Assembly: GCA_017469925.1 (NCBI GenBank)
Contig: JAFUFK010000003.1
Coordinates: 13,281 to 77,280, forward strand
DNA: 64,000 nt
Source: Bacteroidaceae bacterium
Lineage (GTDB): Bacteria > Bacteroidota > Bacteroidia > Bacteroidales > Bacteroidaceae
Reading direction: 5' to 3'
In this document: positions 44,101 to 51,468 of the stretch, one piece after another
Layout: every line of letters starts with the position of its first letter
Position numbering within the stretch: position 1 is the stretch's first letter
The notes under the pieces: model-generated
Seen by the model: only the letters and a program-made list of their open reading frames with translations
Told to the model about the DNA's origin: nothing
The model's database searches: none
Position numbers and translations under genes: made by a program

Positions 44101-44234
44101 CGACCCTGCTGCAGCGCGTTGTAGAAGAGGTTCAGCAATTGTGCATCACCGAAGCCCGTGAAGTCGTACAGACTCTGTGCCTTGGCAATGCCTACTGCCA
44201 AAAGCATCATCAATGAAACTAAGATTTTCTTCAT
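41160..44234 (-). CDS. GH85-like endo-beta-N-acetylglucosaminidase with C-terminal T9SS sorting domain
   Basis: Signal MKKILVSLMMLLAVGIAKAQ. GH85-like blocks are MWNYTNLFGSWNH..PGCWVDAAHKNGTDIMSG and FGSDGINYNFE (N-x-E catalytic pattern). The C-terminus PGLYIIKMQNKGVIRTKKVVVK is T9SS CTD-like. Confidence 0.6.
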   Translation of the reverse strand: MKKILVSLMMLLAVGIAKAQSLYDFTGFGDAQLLNLFYNALQQGRNYPTAAEFEAAGIQQADIAFVRSHVRRADIMSRADRVVPSTYENRNLWMNIPMGSGKGGDAGYPTANFASDVFSMWNYTNLFGSWNHSIFQAPGCWVDAAHKNGTDIMSGIKFFDTTGGRTGDANSYVSMITIKNDDGTYRYVKPLINCLLFFGSDGINYNFEASGYDDPDVVAFHKALYKEAEAQGFKNFHIGMYTFSSRLTENNADALFGTKETGKTTDLMLNYSADNFAPTFASSVDVAEEKMGTSEGLYGSTWIVTMNRSWKRLDYTQEYDYNTWQYVYTPSESAHKIGVCLWGEHDDSRFWSYNSGSDAYNAQSNYQRLLERGFSGGYRNPANRPAERESGIEWEGENALANFQGLAQYIPERSAIQGNLPFATYFNLGNGDRWNYKGKKTAGTWYNMAAQDVVPTYRWLVYEAGTETVSTAIQPAFTHTDAYTGGSCLLLTGDASKSTDIILYKTNLKVSAGNPVAKVALKSGKDGENASALSVLVRVGGNWQEVPVGNVSGTNWQETTLSLPVSTGDVIERIGLRVSGGSADYSMMVGKLELNDDVKAQPAAVKDLVVDVKNETKGSLTAKLYWNVDQAAGDRAAWDLLYNDEANIDHFEVLYKNGPEGRVSEVGRTTQWATVVNNLYFESEADRPFIGVRAVGTDLKTYSEVAWVEVPRGDQATLPELVEEDTYGISQMDPNCAGANIARAVRYVTDFTTTGADQDLDYHATSSPADGSQYADARNLTLKVSQGQKIKIFMKCKNGLDADVAAYRTSTGNSDGLQYCFAGIWLDLDGSGTFNHPLGTTEFLSGEGSDPLGERVLMMGKLRAATPEFETTGVETEYTIPADAHVGKSRLRIVFADAWFQGSFLPTGLTTKGFSLDFDVEITGDEANQRGSIDTHDQGVADEPDDLITDGIRVTRGEVSDAYVQGGQLQIDNAEKAWIYTSDGRLVRFEKNPSGLRTASMAPGLYIIKMQNKGVIRTKKVVVK

Positions 44235-44290
44235 AATGAATGTTTTTAAGGTTAATACTTATTCCTATATTGTTAGGCTGATTTTCCAAG

Positions 44291-46090
44291 CTATAAGTTA
44301 GGAGCATCGACATCCCACCACAGGCGCGTAGCCTGCTGGTCAGGACCACCGAGAGCGGGCAGGCCAGTCTCCTGTATCTCCTTGAGCGAGGCATCGTCGG
44401 TGTTGGGGAATATCATGCGGCGCACCATGTCGCCCTCCTTCAGGCTGCCGTCGCCGTCCTCGACGTTCAGCACCGGGAACAGTTTGGGATAGCCCGTGCG
44501 ACGCACGTCAACCCAGGCCTCGTAACTGTTGGGATAGCCAGCCAGATACTTCTGGGTGATAATCTTCTCCAATTTGGTCTCGGGGTCGTCGGCCTCGTTC
44601 CAGGCCACGCCGATAGTGGTCACGCTCTCTATGTCGTCGCTGTTGCCCGTGGGGTCCTGATAGGTGTAGGGACGTGCCTCGGCCAGTTGCTTATAGGCCT
44701 GCAACAGGTTGCTGTAGCCAATGCCAAGGGCCGTGTTCTGGGGGTCGAAGGGCGACGAGTTGTCGATGCCACGCTCATAGAAGGACTGGGCCGTTCCACC
44801 CATGTCCCAGCCACGCAGGGCACCTTCGGCACGCAGGAAGTCGACCTCGCACCACTTCATGATGTAAAGGGGCAACTGGCCTATGAAATTGGGATTGGGC
44901 TGGCTGAAGCCGATGTACTGGTTGGAACCGTAACTCTGTCCCTGACCTACGTGCAGACCCGAGCGTATGCCCACAATCTTGGTGTTGGCCTCCAGACTCA
45001 CGGTATTGGTCTTGACGTTCATCAGTGCATCGCTGTTGCGGTTGAAGAGCATGCGGGTCATGGGATGATCGAGGCTCATCATCAGGCTCTCGAAGGAGGC
45101 GTTCAGGCGCTCATCGCCCCAGGTGCAGGATATGGTCTGCAAGGGGTGTGAGCCTCCGTAGTCGTTGGGATACATGCCTACCTCGTTCTCGTGGCTTTCG
45201 ATGACACCGTCCCTGACGGCTTCCTCGGCCCACTGGCGAGCCTTGTCGCGATCTACCTTTACCATGTGCATGGCCATGCGCAACTTCAGGGAGTTGGCCA
45301 AGCGACGCCAGGTTTCGAAGCCCTGGATGCCGTTAGCCTGGTCGCGGGAGATGACGACGTTCTTGTAGAGAAGTTGCTGGATGCGGTCCCTGTACCACTG
45401 AGGCTTCTGACCGAAGTAGCGGAAGCAAGCCTGTATGGTGTCGATGTTGTCCTTGACCATGTTGTAGATGTCCTCCATCTTGTTGTACGTGAAGGGATTG
45501 TCGGTCTTGTTGCCCTTGTAGTCGGCATAGGGGAAGGGGCCGTAGTTGTCGGTTTCCTCTACGGACACGAAGTCGAGCAGGAGCAGCAGGAGTGCCTTCA
45601 TCTCAGGGATGGAGTCGACATCGGGATGGTTGAGGAAGGGGGCGAAACTGTTCTTCACCAGCGAGAACTGCCCGTTGGCTCCCTTGTACCAACTGTCGGA
45701 AATCTGATAACTGGAGATGATGTTGCTGCCGTAGGCAAAGTCATAATGGGGGATGACGGCGTATCCGGCATAGACGTCGGCCAGCGTCATCATCAACTGA
45801 TAGGAATGTTCGACGGGATAGCCGCCTTCCTTGCCGCCCTTCATGCCCTTCTGGCCCGTCATGGTGCCGGAGAGGTAGGTGTCGATGCGCAGGAGGGCGC
45901 TGTCGAGTCCCTGTTGGGTGGGCACTACGGTGTAGTCGATGTGGTCGGCCTCGCCTTGCAGGACAACGTCGTCCTGTATGACCTCCGAAGGACGAAGGTC
46001 GTCAACGGGGTCGTCGAACGGCAGGCAAGAAACCAGGGCGAAACTTGTCAGGCCGAGGATTATCGCGGAAGATATATGATTCTTTTTCAT
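44291..46090 (-). CDS. susD: SusD/RagB family nutrient-binding outer-membrane lipoprotein
   Basis: Lipoprotein signal (LTSFALVSC) and a position immediately downstream of susC. The SusD-like C-terminus is ...QKYLAGYPNSYEAWVDVRRTGYPKLF. Confidence 0.85.
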   Translation of the reverse strand: MKKNHISSAIILGLTSFALVSCLPFDDPVDDLRPSEVIQDDVVLQGEADHIDYTVVPTQQGLDSALLRIDTYLSGTMTGQKGMKGGKEGGYPVEHSYQLMMTLADVYAGYAVIPHYDFAYGSNIISSYQISDSWYKGANGQFSLVKNSFAPFLNHPDVDSIPEMKALLLLLLDFVSVEETDNYGPFPYADYKGNKTDNPFTYNKMEDIYNMVKDNIDTIQACFRYFGQKPQWYRDRIQQLLYKNVVISRDQANGIQGFETWRRLANSLKLRMAMHMVKVDRDKARQWAEEAVRDGVIESHENEVGMYPNDYGGSHPLQTISCTWGDERLNASFESLMMSLDHPMTRMLFNRNSDALMNVKTNTVSLEANTKIVGIRSGLHVGQGQSYGSNQYIGFSQPNPNFIGQLPLYIMKWCEVDFLRAEGALRGWDMGGTAQSFYERGIDNSSPFDPQNTALGIGYSNLLQAYKQLAEARPYTYQDPTGNSDDIESVTTIGVAWNEADDPETKLEKIITQKYLAGYPNSYEAWVDVRRTGYPKLFPVLNVEDGDGSLKEGDMVRRMIFPNTDDASLKEIQETGLPALGGPDQQATRLWWDVDAPNL

Positions 46091-46109
46091 GATAAAAGGG
46101 GATTAAGCG

Positions 46110-49100
46110 TTAGAAATTCAGTTTCACGTTGAAACCATAGGAGCGCGACGTGGGCATGTTGAAGAGTTCGAAGCCCGAGAGTCCGTTGCCCGTAGCCAGT
46201 GCCACGTCGGGGTCGGCAGGCGACTTGCAATAGAAGAAGAACAGGTTGCGGCCGATGAACGACAGGGACAGGCTGGTGCCCTTGCCCACAAGGTTCGGGA
46301 AGGTGTAACTCAGCGATAGTTCGCGCAGGCGGAAGTTGGTGGCGCTGTAGATGTACTCGAGCGGGTTCTTGCTGCCGCCCAGGCTCTTGTAGTAGTTCTC
46401 CACGGGCACCACGCGACCGCTTCCATCGGGCAGATACATACCCAACTGGCCGTCGCTGGTGTAGAGGCCGGCAGCCTCAGCCGCCATGCGGGCGTCGGCC
46501 GTGCGCTGCGACACGCCGAAGTCGTCGAGGTAGGCCTCGGTCAGGGAGATGACCTTGCCTCCCAGGCGTCCGTTGATGAAGAAGAACAACTGGAAGTTCT
46601 TGTAACTGATGGTGTTGCTCCAGCCCATCTGCCACTTCGAGTTCATGTTGCCGGCATAGACGGTGTAGAGTTTGTTGTTCTCCGTCTCGAACTGCACGCG
46701 TCCGTCGGACGTAACCGCCAGCGTGCCGTCGGCATTGCGCTTGTAGTCAGTCACGTACATGTCGCCGTAGGAGCCGCCCTTCGTGTATCGCACACGCACA
46801 CCGGCCACGTCCGTTGCAATCAGTTTCTCGCTGCCGTCGGCGTTGTAGATGGTCTCCAGAATCTTGTTGTTGTTGAGGCTGAGGTTGTACGAGGTCTTCC
46901 AGCGCCAATCCTTGTTGATGCGGTAGTTGTAGCCCACCGTGGCCTCGAAGCCGCGGTTGCGCACCTTACCTGTGTTCATCGGCTCTGCCTTGCCCGAAGC
47001 ATTGGAGCCCACCATGTACTGCCCGTCGGAGACGGCGTTGTAGAACGTGAGGTCCACATCGAGGCGGGCACCGAAGAAGGAGGACTCGAAGCCCGTCTCG
47101 AAGGACTTAGTCTTCTCGGGCTGGGGGTTCTCGTAATAGGTGTAGTTGCTCAGGGTCACCGAGCCGTCCTTGTAGTTTTCCGTTCCCTTGTTGAAGAGGA
47201 TGTGCGGCAGCGTGTTACCGACCTCGGAGTAAGAGACACGATACTTCAGGTAGGAAATCCAATCGGGCAACTTAGCCAGCGAACTGATGACGGCATTGGC
47301 ACCCACGCCGAAGTAGCCGTAGCTGTTGCTCATGCCACGGTCCTTAAACTGCTTGAAGGCCCGGTACCAGTCCTGACGATAGGAGCCGTCGATGTAGATG
47401 CGCTGCTTCCATCCCAACTGGGCCGTGAAGAGTGCTGCCTTGTCCCAGTCGGTGCTCTTGCTCTGCGTGGTGGCACCCGGCCCCGAGGCTCCGAGGTCGA
47501 AGAGGTTGATGCGCTGCGAGAGCATCTGGCGTGCGGGGTCGTAGTAGGTGGCCTCCATGCCCGACTTCTGGGTCCGGTAGTGCGTAACGTGGCCTACCCA
47601 GCCTGCCGTGGCGCTGACGTCCCAGTCCTCCTTGAACGTCTTGTTGTAGGAGAGCAGGTAGTCGGTGTAGAGTTCGTTGGTCTTGTCGTAGTCCACCCAG
47701 TACTGTCCGTAGTCGTACATCGAGGCCGGGAGGAAGGTGGTAGCGTAGCGACGGCTGTCGCCGTTGAACTTCGTGTGGTCGAACGACAGGCGTGCCTGGA
47801 ACATCAGTCCGTCATAGATGTCCACCGTGCCCGTGAAGGAGCCGTAGATGCGGTCGATTTTCTGCAGACTGCGGTTCTGGTTGATGAGCCAGTAGGGATT
47901 GTTCTGGGCGGCCTGCATGTTGGCCCAGTTCTGCATCAGTCCCTCCAGGGGCACCCGCTGGCTGGGGTCGAGCGTGAAGGAACTGCCGTCCTGCACGTAG
48001 ATGCTGTGGGTGTTGCTCATCCAGCTGCCCGTGCGGGCGTAGTTGTGGCGGTAGTAGTCCATGTCCAGGTTGCGCTGTGCCACGTAGAGGTGGTAGAGGG
48101 GGTTCAGCACCGTGCCGCCGCCCATGCGGTTCTTGGTCTTGGTCTGCACGTAGTTGAGCGAGGCATCCATCGTCAGTCGCTTCAGGAACTTGTAGGTCTG
48201 GCGCAGGGCCACGGTGTTGCGGTTGTAGTTGTTGGAGCGCATCATGCCGTTGGCGTGTGAGTTGGCAAACGACAGGTAGGACTTAATCTTCTCCGTGCCG
48301 CCGCTCAGCGACACCGAGTTGTTCAGCGTGACGCCCGTGCGGAAGAAGTCGCCGATGTCGTCAGCGCCCCGGTTGCGCAGATAGACCTCCTGCGTGGGCT
48401 CCAGGAACTGGTTGGCCCCCATGGGTGCCGTCACCACGAGGTCGCTTGCAGGGCGGCTGTCAAGGCGTTCGCCCCAACTATCCAGCGCCAGTCCGCCCGT
48501 AGGCTGCACGCGCGCCCCATAGATATTCTGGATGTCGGGCGTGCGCAGGGGCGTGTCCATCGTCACGTTGGCATTGTAACTGACGTCTATCTTGCCCTCG
48601 CGGCCCTTCTTGGTCGTAATCATCAGCACGCCGTTGGCCGCGCGCGAACCGTAGAGGGCAGCCGCGTTGGCACCCTTCAGGACGTTGATCGACTCGATGT
48701 CGTCGGGGTTAATCATCGACAGGGGGTCGCCACCCTCGGTGTTCGAGGCGTAGGCGATGTCGCCCGTCGTTATCTGGCCACGGGGCTCGTTGCTCATGGG
48801 CACGCCATCGACAACTATCAGCGGCGACGAACTGCCCATGATGGACTTGTTGCCGCGAAGCATGATTTTCGACGCACCGCCGGCGCCGCCGGCACTCGGG
48901 GTGATGGTGATGCCGGCCACCTTGCCCTCCAGCGAATTGGCGACGTTGGCGTCCTGCACCTTCATGAAGTCGTCCGACGTCACCTTCTGCGTGGCGTAGG
49001 TCAGCGACTTCTCCTTGCGCAGGATGCCCATGGCCGTTACGACCACCTCGTTCATCTGGCGGTTCTCATCCTTCATCCTGACGTTAATGAGCGTACGCCC

Positions 49101-49409
49101 CCCGACGGGAATCTCCTGGGGGTCCATGCCCACGTAGGTCACCAGCAGCGTGGCATTCTTCTGAATGCCCGAGAGGCGGTAGCGACCGTCGATGTCGCAA
49201 CTGGCCAACTGGCCGTCTTGTCCCTTGACGCGCACGATGGCGCCCGTCAGCGGTTCGCCCAGGTCGTCGGTAACCGTACCGCTTACCGTGTGGCCTGCCT
49301 CGGCCGACTGGCTCTGCGTCTGAGCCATTGCTCCCGTGGGGGCGCCTACCATTAATGCCGCTGTCAGGACCATCCCGACAAGCAGCCACGCACTGTTACG
49401 TTTCTTCAT
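46110..49409 (-). CDS. susC: SusC/RagA family TonB-dependent transporter
   Basis: Carboxypeptidase-regulatory-like N-domain (VSGTVTDDLGEPLTGAIVRVKG), TonB-box/plug region (VVVTAMGI..., INPDDIESINVLKGANAAALYGSRAANGVLMITTKKG), terminal ...YGFNVKLNF. Confidence 0.9.
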   Translation of the reverse strand: MKKRNSAWLLVGMVLTAALMVGAPTGAMAQTQSQSAEAGHTVSGTVTDDLGEPLTGAIVRVKGQDGQLASCDIDGRYRLSGIQKNATLLVTYVGMDPQEIPVGGRTLINVRMKDENRQMNEVVVTAMGILRKEKSLTYATQKVTSDDFMKVQDANVANSLEGKVAGITITPSAGGAGGASKIMLRGNKSIMGSSSPLIVVDGVPMSNEPRGQITTGDIAYASNTEGGDPLSMINPDDIESINVLKGANAAALYGSRAANGVLMITTKKGREGKIDVSYNANVTMDTPLRTPDIQNIYGARVQPTGGLALDSWGERLDSRPASDLVVTAPMGANQFLEPTQEVYLRNRGADDIGDFFRTGVTLNNSVSLSGGTEKIKSYLSFANSHANGMMRSNNYNRNTVALRQTYKFLKRLTMDASLNYVQTKTKNRMGGGTVLNPLYHLYVAQRNLDMDYYRHNYARTGSWMSNTHSIYVQDGSSFTLDPSQRVPLEGLMQNWANMQAAQNNPYWLINQNRSLQKIDRIYGSFTGTVDIYDGLMFQARLSFDHTKFNGDSRRYATTFLPASMYDYGQYWVDYDKTNELYTDYLLSYNKTFKEDWDVSATAGWVGHVTHYRTQKSGMEATYYDPARQMLSQRINLFDLGASGPGATTQSKSTDWDKAALFTAQLGWKQRIYIDGSYRQDWYRAFKQFKDRGMSNSYGYFGVGANAVISSLAKLPDWISYLKYRVSYSEVGNTLPHILFNKGTENYKDGSVTLSNYTYYENPQPEKTKSFETGFESSFFGARLDVDLTFYNAVSDGQYMVGSNASGKAEPMNTGKVRNRGFEATVGYNYRINKDWRWKTSYNLSLNNNKILETIYNADGSEKLIATDVAGVRVRYTKGGSYGDMYVTDYKRNADGTLAVTSDGRVQFETENNKLYTVYAGNMNSKWQMGWSNTISYKNFQLFFFINGRLGGKVISLTEAYLDDFGVSQRTADARMAAEAAGLYTSDGQLGMYLPDGSGRVVPVENYYKSLGGSKNPLEYIYSATNFRLRELSLSYTFPNLVGKGTSLSLSFIGRNLFFFYCKSPADPDVALATGNGLSGFELFNMPTSRSYGFNVKLNF

Positions 49410-49452
49410 CGTTTTTTTTCGGTTTTTTATCGTATTAGATTCGTTCTCTCTG

Positions 49453-49460
49453 CAAATCTA
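49453..49460 (-). promoter_or_regulatory. -7 promoter box (TAGATTTG on the minus strand) for susC-susD-GH85
   Basis: Matches the TAnnTTTG consensus, 44 nt upstream of the susC start, followed by an A-rich leader. Confidence 0.45.
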
Positions 49461-49735
49461 CGAAATTTCCCTCTTACGCGCCAACTTTTCGCGGGGAAAC
49501 TTTCGTGCCGGAGGATAAAAAAATCTCCGCCCCGCACCTCATGATACATGGCGAGCAACGGGGCGAGTACATTATATCCTGACAATGGCGCCAAAGTCCA
49601 AGAAAAAACCTTACATAGCCCCCTACGGAGACAGAAAGGAAGCATCTCGTCGGACGTCCTATTAAGAAAGCGACGTAACATCTTGTCCCTCAACAAGAAA
49701 CAAAGCATTTACCCTATAAAGCAAGATGGTACGTT

Positions 49736-49811
49736 TGCATCTTTACTAAAGATAGACGTGTAAGACCTCGATGTTACAGCTGCATCTTTACTAAAGATAC
49801 ACGTGTAAGGA
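49736..49811. repeat. two 31-bp direct repeats (TGCATCTTTACTAAAGATASACGTGTAAGRAC), 45-bp period, upstream of the PUL
   Basis: The copies at 49736-49766 and 49781-49811 differ at 2 positions. Each contains the small palindrome CTTTA-C-TAAAG. Confidence 0.85.
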
Positions 49812-49911
49812 CGTAATGATGCAGCGACAAGATTCAGGACCGCTTGGGGCGGCCCTGAAAAATCCTTATATCGTGAATATACTTTTTTTGGGGGGGGAGG
49901 GAAGGGTGTTT

Positions 49912-51462
49912 TTATATTCCTCTCTCGGCCCAGTCGCCGCGGTCGAGGTTACGGTAGCCGATGGCCTCGGCGATGTGGTGGGAGCGGACCGTCTCCGAAC
50001 CCTCCAGGTCGGCAATGGTGCGGGCCACCTTCAGGATGCGGTTGTAGGCGCGGGCACTGAGGCGGAGGCGCTGCATGGCCAGGCGGAGCATGTCGAGCGA
50101 CTCGGGGTCGGGCTGGGCATACTGGCGCAACATGCGCTCGGTCATCATGGCGTTGCAGTGGACGTCGGGGTGGGAGCGGAATCGCTCCTCCTGTATCCGC
50201 CGGGCACGCACCACACGCTCGCGGATGGCGGCCGAGGGCTCGCCGGGCTGCATCTTCGCGAGTTCGGCAAAGGGGACGGGCTGTATCTCGCACTGGATGT
50301 CGATGCGGTCGAGCAGGGGGCCCGAGATGCGGCTCATGTACTGCTGGATGCGGCCGGGCGTGCAGGTGCAGTGGTGGGTGGGGTCGCCGTAGTAGCCGCA
50401 GGGGCAGGGGTTCATGCTGGCGACGAACATGAACGAGGCGGGATAGGTGACGGCATAGCGGGCACGGGAGACGTTGATGACACGGTCTTCGAGGGGTTGG
50501 CGCAACACCTCGAGGACGCTGCGGGGGAACTCCGGAAGTTCGTCGAGGAAGAGAACCCCATTGTGGGCCAGACTTATCTCACCGGGCTGGGGGTTCTGGC
50601 CACCGCCGACGAGGGCAACGGGCGAAATAGTGTGGTGGGGACTGCGGAAGGGGCGCGTGGCAATGAGCGACGTACCTCGGGGCAGGCGCCCGGCTACGGA
50701 GTGTATCTGGGTGGTCTCGAGGCTCTCGGTCAGCGTGAGCGGGGGCAGTATGGTGGGCAGGCGCTTGGCCATCATGCTCTTGCCCGACCCAGGCGGGCCT
50801 ATCATGATCAGGTTGTGGCCGCCGGATGCAGCAACCTCCATGGCACGCACGACGGCTTGCTGGCCGCGCACGTCGGAGAAGTCGATGTCGTAGTCGTCCT
50901 GGCGCTGGTAGAACTCGGCCCGCGTATCGACCTCGGTCGGCGCAATGGCCACGGTGGAGTTGTTGAGCAGGTCCATGACCTCCTGGATGTTGCGGGCGCC
51001 ATAGACCTTCAGACGGTTGACGACGGCTGCCTCGCGCTCGTTCTGCTGCGGCACGATGAGGCCTTCGTAACCCATCTCACGGGCCATGATGGCAATGGGC
51101 AGGGCGCCGCGGATGGGCAGCAGGGAGCCGTCGAGACTGAGTTCGCCGACCATCATGAAACGCTCGAGCCGCTCGTGGCTAATCTCGTCGGAGGTGGCCA
51201 TGATGCCCATGGCGATGGGCAGGTCGTAGGCCGAGCCTTCCTTCTTCAGGTCGGCAGGCGTAAGGTTGACGATGAAGGTCTGCTTAGGGAAGTGGTAGCC
51301 ACTGTTCTGGATGGCAGCCACGATGCGCTGGTAGCTCTCCTTGACGGCGTTGTCGGGCAGGCCGACGAGGAAGAACTGCATGCCCCGCGACGAGTTGACC
51401 TCGGCCGTGACGGGTATGGCCTGGAGGCCTTGGACGGCGGCAGTGTTTATCTTTACCAGCAT
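49912..51462 (-). CDS. comM: YifB/ComM family Mg-chelatase-like AAA+ ATPase
   Basis: LIMIGPPGSGKSMMAKRL (Walker A), VLFLDELPEF (Walker B), and a C-terminal Mg-chelatase-like domain. Confidence 0.85.
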   Translation of the reverse strand: MLVKINTAAVQGLQAIPVTAEVNSSRGMQFFLVGLPDNAVKESYQRIVAAIQNSGYHFPKQTFIVNLTPADLKKEGSAYDLPIAMGIMATSDEISHERLERFMMVGELSLDGSLLPIRGALPIAIMAREMGYEGLIVPQQNEREAAVVNRLKVYGARNIQEVMDLLNNSTVAIAPTEVDTRAEFYQRQDDYDIDFSDVRGQQAVVRAMEVAASGGHNLIMIGPPGSGKSMMAKRLPTILPPLTLTESLETTQIHSVAGRLPRGTSLIATRPFRSPHHTISPVALVGGGQNPQPGEISLAHNGVLFLDELPEFPRSVLEVLRQPLEDRVINVSRARYAVTYPASFMFVASMNPCPCGYYGDPTHHCTCTPGRIQQYMSRISGPLLDRIDIQCEIQPVPFAELAKMQPGEPSAAIRERVVRARRIQEERFRSHPDVHCNAMMTERMLRQYAQPDPESLDMLRLAMQRLRLSARAYNRILKVARTIADLEGSETVRSHHIAEAIGYRNLDRGDWAERGI

Positions 51463-51468
51463 CCCCCC

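Noticed and set aside
41325-44216. A 963-aa plus-strand ORF antisense to the GH85-like gene. Similar long antisense ORFs occur at 57329-59206, 49816-51483, 61212-62717, 38798-39979, 2874-3941, 1269-2264 and 51553-52794.
   Set aside because: Their translations are low-complexity (A/G/V/R/H-rich) with no recognisable motifs. They lie exactly opposite well-supported genes, the usual stop-codon-poor antisense frames of GC-rich DNA. They have no signal peptides, promoter boxes or sensible starts.
49835-49857. A hairpin CAGGACCGC-TTGG-GGCGGCCCTG, considered as the comM terminator.
   Set aside because: The stem is imperfect and is not followed by a U-run in the comM direction. The evidence is too weak to annotate.
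49874-49890. A T7-G8 homopolymer pair just past the comM stop, considered as a slipped-strand phase-variation site.
   Set aside because: It lies downstream of comM and more than 450 nt upstream of susC. It is not within a promoter spacer or a coding region, so length changes have no obvious target.
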